NCBI GenBank assembly: GCA_963920595.1
Contig: OY986947.1
Location: 372,001-436,000, forward strand
Length of the DNA: 64,000 nucleotides
DNA from: Eimeria praecox
Taxonomy: Eukaryota
Reading direction: 5' to 3'
Shown here in pieces: positions 13,501 to 28,770 of the stretch. The translations under genes were made by a program, and so were the position numbers. Numbering within the stretch: position 1 is the stretch's first letter; each line of letters starts with the position of its first letter. A model generated the notes under the pieces. The model did not search any database. It had not been told where the DNA came from and saw only the letters and a list, made by a program, of their open reading frames with translations.

Positions 13501-16076
13501 AACACTCAACATCCAACACCCTCACAACCATTGGCAAACGTTCAACAACACCACCGCCGGAAAAGAATGCAGACATTCACCAACCCCGCTCTAGACAGTC
13601 GATCGTGTGTACAACCTGTGACAGAAATTGCCACCTCCAAGCTAGATTCCCTTCCACTGCTTGGAAATTACAACCACTACCACCCACTTCCTGCACAAGA
13701 AAAACAGCGCGTTCCTCACCTTGCAGCCTGTCGGTGCTGTCATCCATCCGCAAGCACCCAGCTCCACACAACAGGCAGTGGAACCCATGATTCAAAACAG
13801 CTCATTGAGAGAGCCTAACCCTGTCCGCAATACCATACCCAATCGTCCAAACCATCATGCAACTAACGGTCCCACCTCAACACGCATACCCACGCAAACA
13901 CTCAACATGCAGCATGCTCACAATCAGTGGCAAACGTTCCACAACATCACCGCCGAAAAAGAATGCAGACATTCGCCAACCCCGTTCTAGGCAGCCGATC
14001 GTGTGTACAACCTCTGACGGGAATTGCCACCTCCAAGCTAGAGTCTCTTCCACTGTTCTCAAATTGCAACCGCAACCACGCACATCCTGCACAAAAGAAA
14101 CAGCGCCCGCACCACAACCCCTCATGAGCACGATTCTTGCGTTCCTCACCTTGCCGCCCGTCGGTGCTATCATGCATCCGCTCCCACCCACCTCCACACA
14201 ACATGCAGTAAAACCCATGATTCAAAACAGCTCATTGAGAGAGCTTAAGCCTGTCCCCAATACCATACCCAATCATCCAAATCATCATGCATCTAGCGTT
14301 CCCACCTCAACACGTACAAGCACGCAAACACTCAGTATCCAACACCCTCACAACCAGTGGTAAACGTTCCACAACACCAGAGCCCAAAAAGAATGCAGAC
14401 ATTCACCAACCCCGCTCTAGACAGTCGATCGTGTGTACAACCTCTGACGGGAATTGCCGCCTCCAAGCTAGAGGCTCTTCCACAGTTCCGATATTACAAC
14501 CACAACCACGCACCAGCTGCAAAAGGAAAGGCGCAGCGCAGCACAACCCCTGATGAGCACGATTGCGTTCCTCACCTTCCCGCCCTTCGGTGCTCTCATG
14601 CATCCGCTCCCACTCAACTCCACACAACAGGCAGTGGAACCCATGATTCAAAACAGCTCATCGAGAGAGCCTAACCCTGTCCGCAATACCATACCCTATC
14701 GTCCAAATCATCATGCATCTAGCGTCTCCACCTCAGGACGCGCACCCAGCCAAAGACTCAACATCCAACACCCTCACAACCACTGGCAAACGTTCCACAA
14801 CGCCAGCTCCTAAGCCTAACTCAGAGCTTCACCAACCCCGCTCTAGACAGTCGAAAGTGTGTACAGCCTCTGACGGGAATTGCCGCCTCCAAGCTCGAGT
14901 CTCTGCCTCTGTTTCGCTATTAGAGCCATAACCACGCACTTGCTGCACAAGAGAAACAGCGGCGCACTACAACGCCTGATGAGCACGATCCTTTGTTTCT
15001 CACCTTGCCACCCGTCGGTGCTCTCAATGCATCCGCACCCACCCAGCTCCACACAGCAGCCAGTAAAACCCATGATTCAAAACAGCTCATTGAGAGAGCC
15101 TAACCCTGTCCGCAATACCATACCTAATCGTCCAAATCATCATGCAACTAGCGGTCCCACCTCAACACGCATACCCACGCAAACACTCAACATCCAACAC
15201 CCTCACAACCAGTGGCAAACGTGCCACAACACCACCGCCGCAAACGGATCGAGAGCTTCAGCAACCCCGTTCAAGGCAGTCGATCGTGTGTACAACGTCT
15301 GACGGGAATTGCCGCCTCCAAGCTAGAGGCTCTTCCACTGTTTCGATATTACAACCACAGAAACTCACCAGCTGCACAAGGAAACGCGCAACGAAGCACA
15401 ACCCCTGATGAGCACGATTCTTGCGTTCCTCACCTCCCTTCCCGTCGGTGCTGTCATGCATCCGCTCCTACCCACCTCCACACAACAGGCAGTGGAACCC
15501 ATGATTCAAAACAGCACATCGAGAGAGCCTAACCCTGTCCGCAATACCATACCCTATCGTCCAAATCCTCATGCATCTAGCGTTCCCACCTCAACACCTA
15601 CAACCACGCAAACATTCACCATCCAACACCCTCATACCCAATGGCAAACCCGCCACAACACCACCGCCCAAACAGAATGCAGAAACACACCACCCGCGCG
15701 TTTTAGACAGTCCATCGTGTGTACAGCCTCCGACGGGAATTGCCGTATCCAAGCTAGAGTCTCATGCTCTTGCATTGCACTGTTTCGATATTACAACCAC
15801 AGAAACGCACCAGCTGCACAAGGAAAACACCTCGCTTAGCACAACCCTTGATGAGCACGATTCTTGCGTTTCCCACCTTGCTGCCCGTCGGTAGTGTCAT
15901 GCATCCGCACCCACCCAGCTCCACACAACAGGCACTGGAACACATGATTCAATATAGCTTATCGGGAGAGCCTAAGCCTGTCCCAAATACCATACCCTAT
16001 CGTCCAAATCATCATGCATCTAGCGTTCCCACCTCAACGCGCACACCCATGCAAACATTCAACATCCAACACCCTC
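10590..16076 (+). repeat. Non-adjacent duplication of ~4 monomers: ~10,590-12,230 copied at ~14,436-16,076 (offset 3,846)
   Basis: ORF pairs 10707/14553, 11034/14880, 11366/15212, 11562/15408, 11918/15764 are all offset 3,846 and near-identical. Shared private features ctcctaagcctaactcagag and gtctcatgctcttgcattgcac. Confidence 0.92.
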
Positions 16077-19000
16077 ACACCCAGTGGCAGGCGTGCCACA
16101 ACACCACCGCCGAAAGCGAATCCAGAGCTGCAGCAACCCCGTTCAAGGCAGTCGATCATGTGTGCAACGTCTGACGGGAATTGCCACCTCCAAGCTAGAG
16201 TCTTGTCCACTGTTTCGATATTACAACCAGAGAAACTCACCAGCTGGACAAGGAAACGCGCAACGAAGCACAACCCCTGATGAGCACGATTCTTGCGTTT
16301 CTTTGCGTTCCTCACCTTCCCGCTTGTCGGTGCTCTCATGCATCCGCAACCACCCAGCTCCACACAACAGGCATTAGAACCCATGCTTCAGAAACCAGCT
16401 CATCGAGAGAGCCTATGCCTGTCTAGCGTTCCCACCTCAGCACGCACACCCCCGCAAACACTCAACATCCAACACTCTCACAACCAGTGGCAAGCGTTTC
16501 AGAACACCACCGCCGAAAAAGAATGCAGACATTCACCAACCCCGCTCTAGACAGTCGATCGTGTGTACAACCTCTTACGGGAATTGCCACCTCCAAGCTA
16601 GAGTCTCCTCCACTGTTTCGATATTACAACCACAATCACGCACTTTCTGCACAAGGAAAATAGCGCGCGCAGCACAACCCCTGATGAGCACAATCCTTGC
16701 GTTCCTCACCTTCCCGCCCGTCGGTGCCCTCATGCATCCGCCGCTCCCACCCAGCTCCACACAACAGGCAGTAAAACCCATGATTCAAACCAGCCCATTG
16801 AGAGAGCCTAACCCTGTCCGCAATACCATACCCTATCGTCCAAATCATCATGCATCTAGCGTTCCCACCTCAACACGCACACCCGCGGAAACACTCAAGA
16901 TCCAACAACGTCGCACCCAGTGGCAAGAGCTCCACACCTCCACCGTCGAAAACAAATCCAGAGCTTCACCAGCCCGGCTCTAGACAGTCGACCGTGTGTA
17001 CAGCCTCTGACGGGAATTGCCAATTCCATGCTGGAGTTTGCTTCCACTGTTTCGATATTACAATCACAACCACGCACTCCCTGCACAAGGAAAACAGCGC
17101 GCGCAGCACAACCCCTGATGAGCACAATTCTTGCGTTCCTCACCTTGCCGCCCGTCGGTAGTGTCATGCACCCGCTCCCACTCAACTCCGCACAACAGGC
17201 AGTAAAACCCATGATTCAAAACAGCTCATTGAGAGACCGTAACCCTGTCCGCAATACCATACCCAATCGTCCAAATCGTCATGCGTCTAGCGTTCCCACC
17301 TCAACACGCACACCCGCGGAAACGGCCAGCATTCAACATGCTCACAATCAGTGGCAAACGTTCCACAACATCACCGCCGGAAAAGAATGCAGGCATTCAC
17401 CAACCCCGCTCTAGACAGTCGATCGTGTGTACAACCTCTGACAGGAATTGCCGCCTCCAAGGTGGAGTCTCATCCACAGATTCGATATTACAACCACAGC
17501 TGCGTACCTGCTGCACAAGAGAAACAGCGCGCAGCCCAACCCCTGGTGAGCACGATTTTTTCGTTCCTCACCTTGCCGCCCGTCGGTGCTCTCATGCATC
17601 CGCAAGCACCCAGCTCCACACAAGAGGCGCTGGACCCCATGCTACACAAACCAGATCAACGCGAGAGCCTAGCCCTGTCCCCAATACCATACCCAGTCGT
17701 CCAAACCGTCATGCATCTAGCGTTCCCACCTCCACACCTACAACTACGCAGACACTCAACATCCAACACCCTCACAACCAGTGGCAAACGCTCCACAACA
17801 TCACCGCCGAAGAAGAATGCAGACAGTCAGCAACCCGGCTCTAGGCAGTCGATCGTGCGTGCAGCCTCTGGCAGGAATTGCCGCCTCTAAGCTAGAGGCT
17901 CTTCCACAGTTTCGATATCACAACAACAACCACGCACATGCTGCCCAAGGAAAACAGCGGCGCACTACAAACCGTGATGAGCACGATTCTTGCGTTCGTC
18001 CCCTTTTTGCTCGTCGGTGCTGTCATGTATCCGCTCCCACGCAGCTCCACACAACAGGCACTGGAACCCATGATTCAAAACAGCTCATTGAGAGACCCTA
18101 ACTCTGTCCGCAACACAACACCCAGTCGTCCAAATCATCTTGCATCTAGCGTCTCCACCTCAGTGCGCACACCTACGCAAACACTCAACATCCAACACCC
18201 TCACAACCAGCGGCAAACGTTCCACAACACCAACGCCAAAGAAGAATGCAGACATTCACCAACCCCGCTCTAGACAGTCAAACGTATGTACAACGTCTGA
18301 CGGGAATTGCCTCCTCCAACCTGGAGTCTCTTCCACTGTTTCGATATTACAACCACATCCACGCACGCCCTGCATAAGGAAAACAGCGCGCGCAGCACAA
18401 CCCCCTGATGAGCACGATTCTTGCATTCCTCACCTTCCCGCCCGTCGGTGCTCTCATGCATCTGCTCCCACGGGGTTCCTCACAGCAGGCAGTGGAACCT
18501 ATGATTGAAAACAGCTCATCGAGAGAGTCTAACGTTTTCCTCAATACAGTACCGAATCGTTCAATTCATCATGCATCTAGCGTCTCCACCTCAACACGCA
18601 CTCCTACGCAAACACTCAACATCCAACACCCTCCCACCCAGTGGCAAGCATTCCACAACAACAGTGCCGAAAAAAGAGGCAGAACGTCACCAATCCCGCC
18701 CTAGATAGTCGACCATGTGTACAGCGTCTGACGGGAATTGCCGCCTCCAAGCTAGAGTCTCTTCCGCTGGTTCGATACTCAAACCACAACCACGCACCAG
18801 CTGCACAAGGAGAACAGCCATGCTGCCCAACCCACGATGAGCACGATTCTTGCGTTCCTCACCTTGGCGGTTGTCAGTCCTGTCATGCCTCCGCTCCCGA
18901 CCACCTCCACCCAACAGGCAGTGGAACCCATGATTCAATATAGCTTATCGAAAGAGCCTAACAGTGTTCGCAATGCTATACCCAATCGTCCAACTCGTCA

Positions 19001-22000
19001 TGCATCTAGCGTTCCCACCTGAACACGCACTCCAACGCAAACACTCAACATCCAACACCCTCCCACCCAGTGGCAAACGTTCCACAACACCACTGCCGAA
19101 AACGAATCCAGAGCTTCAGCATTCGCGCCTTAGACAGTCGTTTGTATATAGAACCTCTGACGGGAATTGCCACCTCCAAGCTAGAATCTCTTCCACTGTT
19201 TCGATATTACAACCACATCCACGCACTCCCTGCATAGGAGAAGCAGCGCGCGCAGCACAAACCCTGATGAGCACGATTCTTGCGTTCCTCACCTTCCCGC
19301 CCGTCGGTGCTCTCATGCATCCGCTCCCGAGCACCTCCGCGCAACAGGCAGTGGAACCCATGATTCAAAACAGCTCATCGAGAGAGCCTAACCCTGTCCC
19401 CAATACCATACCCTATCGTCTAAATCGTCATGCACCTGGCGTTTACACCTCAGCACGCACACCGACGCAAACATTCAACATCCAACACCCTCACACCCAG
19501 TGGCAAACGTTCCACAACACCAGCGCCCAAAGCGAACGCAGACACTCACCCACGGCTCTCTTGAAAATCGACAGTATGAACAACGTCTAGCGCGAAATGC
19601 CACCTCCCTGCTGGAGTCTCTTCCACAGTTTCGATATTACAACCACAATCACGCACTCGCTGGACAAGGGCAATGGAGAGCGCACTACAACCCCTGATGA
19701 GCACGATTCTTGCGTTCCTCACCTTCCCTCCGGTCGGTGCTCTCATGCATCCGCTCCCACCCAGCTCCACACGACAGGCAGTGGAGCCCACGCTTCAAAC
19801 CAGCTCATCGAGAGAGCCTAACCCTGTCCGCAATGCCATACCCAATCGTCCAAATCATCATGCATCTCGCGTTCCCAGCTCAACACGCACACCCACGCAA
19901 GCACTCAGCATCCAACACCCTCACAACCAGTGGCAAACATTCCACAACACGAGCGCCGAAAACGAACCCACACGTTCACCACCCCCTCTTTAGGCAGTCG
20001 ATCGTACGTACAGCGCTTGACGGGAATTGCCTCCCCCAACCTAGAGTCTCTTCCACTGTGTCGAAATTAGAGCCACAACCACGCACCAGCTGCACAGGAG
20101 AAACAGCGACGGCGTACAACTCCTGATGAGCACGATTCTTGCGTTCCTCACCTTCCCGCCCGTCGGTGCTGTCATGCATCCACTCCCACGCAGCTCCTCA
20201 CAGCAGGCAGTGGAACCCATGCTGCAAATCAGGTCATCGAGAGACCCTAACACTGTCCGCAATACTATACCCAATCGTCCAAGTCATCATGCATCTGGCG
20301 CTCCCATCTCAACACGCACACCCACGGGGACACTCAACATCCAACAACCTCACACCAAGTGGCAAACGCCCCACAACGCCAGCGCCGAAAAAGAATGCAG
20401 GCATTCACCAACCGCGTTCTAGACAGTCGCTCGCGTGTACAACCTCTGACGGGAATTGCCGCCTCCAAGCTAGAATATCTTCCACTGTATTTAAATTACA
20501 TCCACACCCACGTACCGCCTGCACCAGAGAACGACCGTCACAGTACAAGCCCTGACGAGCACGATTCTTGAGTTCCACACCTTGCCGGTTGTCAGCCTTG
20601 TCATGCACCCGCACCCACCCAGCTCCACACAGCAGGCAGTGGAACCCATGATTCACAAACCAGCTCACTGAGAGACCCTAACCCTGTCCGCAATACCATA
20701 CCCAATCGTCCAAAGCATCATCCATCTAGCGTTCCCACGTCAACAGGCGCACCCTGCAAACATTCAACATCCAACACCTTCACAACCAGTGGCTTACGTG
20801 CCACAACACCACCGCCGAAAAAGAACGCAGACATTCATCAACCCCGCCCTAGCCCGTCGACTGTATGTGCAACGTCTGACGGGAACTGCCATTTCCATGC
20901 TAGAGTCTCTTCCACTGTTTCGATATTATAACCACAATGGCGCACATCCTGCAGAAGGGAACGCGCGGAGCAGTACAGCCCCTGATGAACACGATGCTTG
21001 CGTTCCTCACCTTGCCGTCCGTCGGTGCTGTCATGCATCTGCTCCCACCCAGCTCCACACAACAGGCACTGGAACCCATGATTCAAAACAGCTCATTGAG
21101 AGAGCTTAACGCTGTCCGCAATACCACACCCCGTCGCCCAAATCATCATGCATCTACCTTCTGCACCTCAATGCGCACACCTACGCAAACACTCAACCTC
21201 CAACACCCTCACACCCAATGGCAAACGTTCCACAGCACTAGCCCCGAAAGTGAATGCAGACATTCACCATCCCCGCTCTAGACAGTCGATCGTATGTACA
21301 ACGCCTGAAGGGAATTGCCACCTGCAGGTTGGGGCCTCTCCCGCTGTTTGGAAACTCAACGAGAACAACGCACCAGCTGCACAAGGAGAATAGCCATGCA
21401 GTACAATCCGCTGATAAGCACGATTCTTGCGTTGCTCACCGTAACGCCTTTCGGTGTTGCCATGCCTGCGCTCCCACGCAGCGCCACACAACAGGCAGTG
21501 GAACCCATTATTCAAAACAGGTCATTGAGAGAGCCTAACCCTGTCCCCAATACCATACCCAATCATCCAAATCATCATGCATCTAGCGTTTACACCTCGC
21601 GCGCACACCGACGCAAACACTCAACATCTAACATCCTTACACCCAGTGGCAAACGTTCCACAACACCAGCGCCGAAAACGGACGCAGACATTAACCAACC
21701 GCTCTCTAGGCAGGCGATCGTGTGTACAACCTCTGACGGGAATTGCCATATCCAACCTAGAGTTTCTCCCACTGTTACGAAACTCAATCAGAACAACGCA
21801 CCACCTGCACAAGCAGAACTACCATGCAGTACAACCCCTGATGAGCACGATTCTTGCGTTCCTCACCGTGCCGCAGGTCAGTGTTGTCATGCCTTCCCTC
21901 CCAAAGCAGTTACACACAGCAGGCAGTGGAACCCATGATTCAAAACAGCTCATTAAGAGAGCCTAACCCTGTCCGCAATACCATACCCAATCGTCCAAAT

Positions 22001-23138
22001 CGTCACCCATCTAGCGTTCCCACCTCAACACGCACACCCCCGCAAAAACGCAACATCCAACACCCTCACACCCAGTGGCAAACGTTCCGCAACTCCACCG
22101 CCGAAAACGAATGCAGATATTCACAAACCGCGCTCTAGGCAGTCGATCGTGTGTACAACCTTTGACGGGAATTGCCAATTCCATGCTAGAGTCTCTTCCA
22201 CTGTTTCGATATTACAACCACAACCACGCACTCCCTGCACAGGGAAAACAGCTCGCGCAGTACAACCCCTGAGGAGCACGATTCTTGCGTTCCTCACCTT
22301 GCCGCCCGTCGGTGCTCTCATGCATCCGCTCCCACTCAACTCCACACAACAGGCAGTAAAACCCATGATTCAAAACAGCTCACTGAGAGAGCCTAACCCT
22401 GTCCCCAATACCATACCCAGTCGTCCAAATCATCATGCGTCTAGCGTTCCCACCTCAACACCTACAACTACGCAAACAATCAACATCCAACACCCTCACA
22501 ACCACTGGCAAACGTTCCACAGCATCACCGCCGAAGAAGAATGCAGACATTCAGCAACCTGGCTCTAGACAGTCGATCCTGTGTGCAGCCTCTGACAGGA
22601 ATTGCCGCCTGCAAGCTAGAGGCTCTTCCACAGTTTGGAAATTACAAGCACAACCACGCACTCCCTGCACAAGGAAAACAGCGCGCCCAGCACAACTCCT
22701 GATGAGCACGATTCCTGCGTTCCTCACCTTCCCGCCCGTCGGTGCTCTCACGCATCCGCTCCCACCCAGCTCCACACAACAGGCAGTGGAACCCATTATT
22801 CAAAACAGCTTATCGGGAGAGCCTAACCCTGTCCCCAATACCATACCCAATCGTCCAAGCCATCATGCATCTGGCGCTCCCACCTCAACACGCACACTCA
22901 CGCAAACACTCAACATCCACCACCCGCTCACATCCAGTGGCAAACGTTGCTCAACACCAACGGCAAACAAGCACGCAGGCCGTCGCCCTCCGCGCTCTAG
23001 ACAGTCGATCGTCTCTAGAGGGTATGACGGGAATTGCAGCCTCCAATCTGGAATCTCCCCCAGTGTTTCGAAATAACAACCACATCCACGCACCAGCTGC
23101 ACAAGGAGAGTAGCAAAGCACCACAACCCCTGATGAGC

Positions 23139-26100
23139 ACGATTCTTGCGTTCCTCACCTTCCCTCTCGCCAGTGTTGTCATGCATCCGCACCCACGCAG
23201 CTCCTCACAACAGGCAGTGGAACCCATCATTCAAAACAGCTTATCGAGAGAGCCTAACCCTGTCTGCAATACCATAGCCAGTCGTCCAAATTATCATTCA
23301 TGGGGCGGTCCCACCTCAACACGCACACCCACGCAAACACGCAGCATCCAATAACCCCAGAAGCAGTGGCAAACGTTCCACAACACCACCGCCGAAAAAG
23401 AACGCAGACATCCAGTAACAAGCCATTTACCAACCTCGCTCTAGACAGTCAATCGTGTGCACAACCTCTGACGGGAGTTACCGCCTCCACGCTAGAGTCT
23501 CTTCCACTGTTTCGATATTACAACCACAGCCACGCACATGCTGTACAAGGAAAACAGCGCGCGCTGCACCACTCCTGATGAGCACGATTCCTGCGTTCCT
23601 CACCTTCCCGCCCGTCGGTGCTCTCATGCATCCGCTCCCGCGCACCTCCGCGCAACAGGCAGTGCAACAAATGATTCAAAACAGCTTATCGACACAGCCT
23701 AACCCTGTCCGCAATACCATGTCCAATCGTCCAAATCATCATGCATCTAGCGTTTCCACCCCAACACGCACACCCACGCAAACACTCAACATCCAACACC
23801 CTCCCACCCAGTGGCAAACGTTTCACAATACCACCGCCGAAAACGAACGCAGACATCCAGTAACCCCGCTCTACACAATCAACCGTGTGAAGAACGTCTG
23901 ACGGGAATTTCCGCCTCCAACCTGGAGTCTCGACCACTGCTTCGATATTACAACAACAACCACGCACATGCTGCACAAGGAAAACAGCGGCGCACTACAA
24001 CCCCTGGTGAGCACGATTCTTGCGTTCCTCGCCTTCCCGCCCGTCGGTGCTGTCATGTATCCGCTCCCACGCGGCTCCACACAACAGGCAGTGGAACCCA
24101 TCCTTCAAAGCAGCTCATCGAGAGAGACCACCTGTGCCGCCAATACCATACCCAATCATCCAAATCATCATGCATTTAACGTTTTCACCTCAACACGCAC
24201 ACCCACGCAAACACTCAACATCCAACACCCTCACACCCAGTGGCAAACGTTCCACAACACCACCGCCAAAAAAGAGCGCAGACCGTCGCCATCCGCGCTC
24301 TAGAGAGTAGATCGTGTGTACAACGTCTGACAGGAATTGTCGCCTCCACGCTAGAGTCTCTTCCACTGTTTCGAGATAACAAGCATATCCACGCACTCCC
24401 TGCATAGGAGAAGCAGCGCGCGCAGCACAAACCCTGATGAGCACAATTCTTGCGTCCCTCGCCTTCCCGCCCGTCGGTGCTCTCATGCATCCGCTCCCAC
24501 GCAGCTCCAAACAACAGGCAGTGCAACAAATGATTCAAAACAGCTCATCGAGAGAGCATACCCCTGTCCGCAACGCCATATCCAATCGTCCAAAACGTCA
24601 TGCATCTGGCGTTTCCACCTCGACACGCGCACCCACGCAAACACTCAACATCCAACACCCTCACACCCAGTGGCAAACGTTCCACAACACCAGCGCCCAA
24701 AAAGAGCGCAAACATTCACCGCCCGCCTTCTACACAGTAGGTCGTGTGAACAACGCCTGGAACTGCCACGTCCAGCCTACAGTCTCTTCCCCTGTTTCGA
24801 TATTACAAGCATGTCCACGCACCAGCTGCGCAAGGCAATAGAAGCCATACTTCAAAACAGCTCATTGAGAAAGCCTAACCCTGTTCGCATTACCATAACC
24901 AATCGTCCAAATCATCATGCATCTGGCGTTCCCACCTCAACACGCACACCCACGCAAGCAATTAGCATCCAACACCCCTCACACCCAGTGGCAAACGTTC
25001 CACAACACAAGCGCCGAAAACAAACGCAGCCATCCACCAACCGCTCTCTAGAGCATCGACCGTTTGAACAACGTCTGGCGCGAAATGCCGCCTCCAATCT
25101 GGAGTCTCTTCCACTGTTTCGATATTACAACCACAACCACGCACCTGCTGCACAAGTGGAGCAGCCACGCATCACAACCCCTGATGAGCACGATTCTTGC
25201 GTTCCTCACCTTGCCGCCCCTCGCTGTTACCTTGCCTGCGCACCCGCGCAGCTCCAAGCATCAAGCAGTGAAACCGTTGCTTAAAAACAGCATATCGAGA
25301 GAGCCTAACCCTGTCCCCAATGCCATACCCAATCGTCCAAATCATCATGCATTTAACGTTTTCACCTCAACACGCACACCCACGCAAGCAAGTAGCATCG
25401 AACACCCTCACAGCCAGTGGCGAACGTTCCACAACACAAGCGCCGAAATCGAACGCAGCCATCCACCAACCGCTCTCTAGAGCATCGACCGTTTGAACAA
25501 CGTCTGGCGCGAAATGCCGCCTCCAATCTGGAGTCTCTTCCACTGTTTCGATATTACAACAACACCCACGCACTTCCTGCCGAAGGGGAGACGCCACGCG
25601 TCACAACCCATGTTGGGAACGATTCTTGCGTTCCTCACCTTCCCTCTCGCCAGTGTTGTCATGCATCCGCACCCACGCAGCTCCTCACAACAGGCAGTGG
25701 AACCCATCAATAAAAACAGCTTATCGAGAGAGCCTAACCCTGTCTGCAATACCATAGCCAGTCGTCCAAATTATCATTCATGGGGCGGTCCCACCTCAAC
25801 ACGCACACCCACGCAAACACGCAGCATCCAATAACCCCAGAAGCAGTGGCAAACGTTCCACAACACCACCGCCGAAAAAGAACGCAGACATCCAGTAACC
25901 AGACATTTACCAACCTCGCTCTAGACAGTCAATCGTGTGTACAACCTCTGACGGGAGTTACCGCCTCCACGCTAGAGTCTCTTCCACTGTTTCGATATTA
26001 CAACCACAGCCACGCACATGCTGTACAAGGAAAACAGCGCGCGCTGCACCACTCCTGATGAGCACGATTCCTGCGTTCCTCACCTTCCCGCCCGTCGGTG

Positions 26101-28770
26101 CTCTCATGCATCCGCTCCCGCGCACCTCCGCGCAACAGGCAGTGCAACAAATGATTCAAAACAGCTTATCGACACAGCCTAACCCTGTCCGCAATACCAT
26201 GTCCAATCGTCCAAATCATCATGCATCTAGCGTTTCCACCTCAACACGCACACCCACGCAAACACTCAACATCCAACACCCTCCCACCCAGTGGCAAACG
26301 TTCCACAATACCACCGCCGAAAACGAACGCAGACATCCAGTAACCCCGCTCTACACAATCAACCGTGTGAAGAACGTCTGACGGGAATTTCCGCCTCCAA
26401 TCTGGAGTCTCGACCACTGCTTCGATATTACAACAACAACCACGCACATGCTGCACAAGGAAACCAGCGGCGCACTACAACCCCTGGTGAGCACGATTCT
26501 TGCGTTCCTCGCCTTCCCGCCCGTCGGTGCTCTCATGCATCCGCTCCCACGCAGCTCCACACAACAGGCAGTGCAACAAATGATTCAAAACAGCTTATCG
26601 ACACAGCCTAACCCTGTCCGCAATACCATGTCCAATCGTCCAAATCATCATGCATCCAGCGTTTCCTCCTCAACACGCACACCCACGCAAACACTCAACA
26701 TCCAACACCCTCCCACCCAGTGGCAAACGTTTCACAATACCACCGCCGAAAACGAACGCAGACATCCAGTAACCCCGCTCTACACAATCAACCGTGTGAA
26801 GAACGTCTGACGGGAATTTTCGCCTCCAACCTGGAGTCTCGACCACTGCTTCGATATTACAACAACAACCACGCACATGCTGCACAAGGAAAACAGCGGC
26901 GCAGTACAACCCCTGGTGAGCACAATTCTTGCGTTCCTCACCTTCCCGCCCGTCGGTGCTCTCATGCATCCGCTCCCACGCAGCTCCAAACAACAGGCAG
27001 TGCAACAAATGATTCAAAACAGCTCATCGAGAGAGCATACCCCTGTCCGCAACGCCATATCCAATCGTCCAAAACGTCATGCATCTGGCGTTTCCACCTC
27101 GGCACGCACACCCACGCAAACACTCAACATCCAACACCCTCACACCCAGTGGCAAACGTTTCACAATACCACCGCCGAAAACGAACACAGACATCCAGTA
27201 ACTTCGCTCTACACAATCAACCGTGTGAAGAACGTCTGACGGGAATTTCCGCCTCCAATCTGGAGTCTCGACCACTGCTTCGATATTACAACAACAACCA
27301 CGCACATGCTGCACAAGGAAACCAGCGGCGCACTACAACCCCTGGTGAGCACGATTCTTGCGTTCCTCGCCTTCCCGCCCGTCGGTGCTGTCATGTATCC
27401 GCTCCCACGCAGCTCCACACAACAGGCAGTGGAACCCATCCTTCAAAGCAGCTCATCGAGAGAGACCAACTGTGCCGCCAATACCATACCCAATCATCCA
27501 AATCATCATGCATCTAGCGTTTTCACCTCAACACGCACACCCACGCAAACACTCAACATCCAACACCCTCACACCCAGTGGCAAACGTTCCACAACACCA
27601 CCGCCAAAAAAGAGCGCAAACATTCACCGCCCGCCTTCTAGACAGTAGATCGTGGGAACAACGTGTGGAACGGCCACGTCCAGCCTACAGTCTCTTCCCC
27701 TGTTTCGATATTACAACCACGTCCACGCACCAGCTGCGCAAGGCAGTTGAAGCCATACTTCAAAACAGCTCATTGAGAAAGCCTAACCCTGTTCGCATTA
27801 CCATAACCAATCGTCCAAATCATCATGCATCTGGCGTTCCCACCTCAACACGCACACCCACGCAAGCAATTAGCATCCAACACCCCTCACACCCAGTGGC
27901 AAACGTTCCACAACACAAGCGCCGAAAACAAACGCAGGCATTAACCAGCCACTCTCTAGAGCATCGACCGTTTGAACAACGTCTGGCGCGAAATGCCACC
28001 TCCAATCTGGAGTCTCTTCCACTGTTTCGATATTATAATCACAACCACGCACCTGCTGCACAAGTGGAGCAGCCACGCATCACAACCCCTGATGAGCACG
28101 ATTCTTGCGTTCCTCACCTTGCCGCCCCTCGGTGTTACCTTGCCTGCGCTCCCGCGCAGCTCCAAGCATCAAGCAGTGAAACCCATTATTCAAAACAGCT
28201 CATTGAGAGAGCCTAAACCTGTCCCCAATACCATACCCAATCGTCCAAGTCATCCTGCATCTAGCGTTCCCACCTCAACACGCACACCCATGCAAACAAG
28301 TAGCATCCAAAACCCCTCACAGCCAGTGGCGAACGTTCCACAACACAAGCGCCGAAAACAAACGCAGCCATCCACCAACCGCTCTCTAGAGCATCGACCG
28401 TTTGAACAACGTCTGGCGCGAAATGCCGCCTCCAATCTGGAGTCTCTTCCACTGTTTCGATATTACAACCACAACCACGCACCTGCTGCACAAGTGGAGC
28501 AGCCACGCATCACAACCCCTGATGAGCACGATTCTTGCGTTCCTCACCTTGCCGCCCCTCGGTGTTACCTTGCCTGCGCACCCGCGCAGCTCCAAGCATC
28601 AAGCAGTGAAACCGTTGCTTAAAAACAGCTTATCGAGAGAGCCTAACCCTGTCCCCAATACCATACCCAATCGTCCAAATCATCATGCATTTAACGTTTT
28701 CACCTCAACACGCACACCCACGCAAGCAAGTAGCATCGAACACCCTCACAGCCAGTGGCGAACGTTACAC
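23139..28770 (+). repeat. Mosaic of overlapping segmental duplications in the divergent layer (offsets ~2,480, 2,908, 3,338)
   Basis: 23,139-24,051 matches 25,619-26,531 (ORFs 23300/25780, 23455/25935). 24915/27823 are offset 2,908. 23968/27306 and 25064/28402 are offset 3,338. Confidence 0.85.
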
